64,000 nt of DNA from Nitrosopumilaceae archaeon. GTDB taxonomy: Archaea > Thermoproteota > Nitrososphaeria > Nitrososphaerales > Nitrosopumilaceae. Below are positions 62,122 through 64,000 of this stretch, piece after piece. Under the pieces are notes generated by a model. That model saw only the letters and a program-made list of their open reading frames with translations. It did not search any database and was not told where the DNA came from. A program made the position numbers and the translations under genes. The stretch's first letter is position 1. Each line of letters starts with the position of its first letter. The DNA is taken from the NCBI GenBank assembly GCA_965214835.1, contig CBDCCK010000002.1:2144001-2208000 (forward strand), given 5' to 3'.

Positions 62122-62618
62122 GCTAGCACTGACCCCTAAAACACATTAAACCTTTCGCACATCTGGCAGTCGGGCGAAACGCGCTATAGATTAGATGCAA
62201 GGCAGGCTATAATCCCGTACTAGACCTTATGCATAATTGCCAAAAATGACGCAAAAGCTGCCTGATTTTTTTGACTTGCGCCGATTACGCATAAGGTCTA
62301 CTAGGCGAGGCCAAACCTTCGATGATCTGCCTGCGCCCCCACGGATTTTGATCGTCCACACACATTTTACTCGGATGATGCAGCCCAAGCCAAAAAAATC
62401 AGAGCGAGGAAAATCCGGGCTTCAAGACACGCTTGACGGATCTGGACAGCAAGGCAACAGTTCACACTCGAAGCCATTCCTGATTTTAGGCGCGGATTAT
62501 GCCCGATCAGGGTTTCCGGGATGGCAAAACTCACGCCTGAACTCAGTCCGAAATGTTACCATTTTGCTGTTTTTTCAGGTCGCAATCGGAACCGCCCTAG
62601 ACGCTATCTGCCATCCTA

Positions 62619-62703
62619 GTGCGCACATCAAAAAATGAATCATAATTTTGACACATCATGCATATTTCGATAAGAAAATACCCCGACTTTCAACTGTGCG
62701 CAC
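62619..62703. mobile_element. MITE family H, 85 bp
   Basis: TIRs GTGCGCACA / TGTGCGCAC; copies at 18076 and 40588. Confidence 0.78.
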
Positions 62704-62894
62704 CGTCAGGACAGGCGCGTCGTTTTGCCATGCCATGATGGCACAATCGGACTGCTGGTTTATACGGGGGTTAGTGGCACCTAACCCCGGAATGCGCATA
62801 ACATGAGGCAAATCGTGCCGCATTGCGCCTGCTGCTGACCCAAAATTACTTTATTCAAAAATTTATAACCAAATCCGAAGGAGGTTTCACTGTA

Positions 62895-64000
62895 TTGGCC
62901 TCTCAACAGCAGCAGAAAAACCGGGATCTCCAGCCCAGGATCGACTGGGCCCAGATTCAAGAGGCCGACAACTTTGCAAAGACTGTGAGGCTGTTCAGGG
63001 AGGGAAAATATCCCGCAGACAGCTTTAGGCGGCTCAGACTGCAGCACGGCGCCTATGGGACAAGGATGACCGGCGACTATGCGATGGTCCGAGTCAAGCT
63101 CCCCGCAGGAGAGGTCTACCCAAGGCAGCTAGAAAGAATCGCACAGCTGAGCGAGCAGTACTCCATCGGCAGCGCACATCTTTCGACCAGGGAGAACATC
63201 CAGCTTCACTGGGTGGTCCTCGAGGACGTATCTGAGATCTTCCGCTCCCTGGCCGAGGTCGGACTGACCTCGAGGGAGGCGTGTGGAAACAGCATAAGGA
63301 ACGTCATGTGCAGTCCGATGTCCGGCGTGTGCCCGAGCGAGGAGTTTGACGCAACGCCCTATGCCCGGGCGACTGCCAGGTTCTTTTTGAGAAACCCAAT
63401 GTCTCAGAACCTGCCCAGAAAGTTCAAGTTTACCTTTACCTGCTGTGAAAAACACGGCATGGTCAGAATGGTCGATGTCGGCTTGATTCCGCAGATCAAG
63501 GAGGTCGACGGCAGGCCGCAGCGGGGCTTTAAAATATTCCTAGGCGGTGGCCTGGGAAACAAGTCCTATGTCGGCCACGAGCTGGAGGACTTTACCCCTG
63601 AGGAGGACGTACTGTATACGGCAATGGCAGTAGTGAGGCTCTTTGACAGGCTGGGTGACAGGAAAAACCTTGCAAGAAACAGGATGCGATACCTGGTAGC
63701 CGACATGGGCTGGGATAATTTTCAAGGCCTGGTTCTAAAGGAGCGTGCCATAGTCAGGGCAACCCAGTCCGTCATCACCCAGCTGGATGTGGATCTGACT
63801 GAAAACGAGATTAAAAGGCCCATCAGAGTTACCGATAAAGGCCGCAGCGCGCCTGACGGCTATGCCCGATGGCTCAAAACCAACACGCTCGGACAAAAAC
63901 AGGGCAGCTACAACACCGTCTTTCTTACGCTGGAGGCAGGGGACATCACTGCCGCACAGCTGAGTGCGCTTGCCGAGATGATCCGAGACTATTCTGCCGA
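62895..64000 (+). CDS. Ferredoxin-dependent sulfite/nitrite reductase (siroheme); runs off the window
   Basis: Read manually from TTG 62895: RLQHGAYG, MVRVK.P.G, STRENIQLH, REACGNSIRN, LPRKFKF, RNRMRYLV; GGAGG RBS. Confidence 0.9.
   Translation, partial: MASQQQQKNRDLQPRIDWAQIQEADNFAKTVRLFREGKYPADSFRRLRLQHGAYGTRMTGDYAMVRVKLPAGEVYPRQLERIAQLSEQYSIGSAHLSTRENIQLHWVVLEDVSEIFRSLAEVGLTSREACGNSIRNVMCSPMSGVCPSEEFDATPYARATARFFLRNPMSQNLPRKFKFTFTCCEKHGMVRMVDVGLIPQIKEVDGRPQRGFKIFLGGGLGNKSYVGHELEDFTPEEDVLYTAMAVVRLFDRLGDRKNLARNRMRYLVADMGWDNFQGLVLKERAIVRATQSVITQLDVDLTENEIKRPIRVTDKGRSAPDGYARWLKTNTLGQKQGSYNTVFLTLEAGDITAAQLSALAEMIRDYSA

Noticed and set aside
62122-62600. TPP riboswitch upstream of thi4
   Set aside because: No CTGAGA / GAACCTGAT core motifs seen on either strand

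Overview
Chromosomal window from an ammonia-oxidising archaeon (Nitrososphaerota, Nitrosopumilaceae-like). The assignment rests on a Ser-type thaumarchaeosortase, CdvC, a Cys-type Thi4 and the small conserved hypotheticals. The relatively high GC, heavy IS/MITE load and sulfotransferase/GT2 accessory genes suggest a host-associated (e.g. sponge) lineage, which is inference. Intact housekeeping genes (cdvC, carAB, nreA, dinB, alba, dys, ino1, smc, egtDB, proS, serB, cofE, trxB, thi4, sulfite/nitrite reductase) alternate with intergenic regions filled by nested IS elements (IS66 x2 plus relics, IS630, ISH3, IS110, IS3, IS481) and at least seven MITE families, several with readable target-site duplications. 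Two signals stand out. (1) An IS110/IS1111-type element carries an upstream non-coding region with two near-identical loop modules whose guide segments match its own target site and its donor junction, i.e. a directly readable archaeal bridge RNA programmed against the terminal inverted repeat of a MITE family. (2) Two unrelated loci each show a perfect 37-bp direct duplication around a 35-36-nt insert, the footprint expected of off-target Cas1-Cas2 spacer integration. Also present are a decayed DprA+PRTase (ShosTA-like) pair and a 3-gene AT-rich cassette between IS66 repeats. No rRNA, tRNA or true CRISPR array was seen. All coordinates were read by eye and may be off by a few bases.
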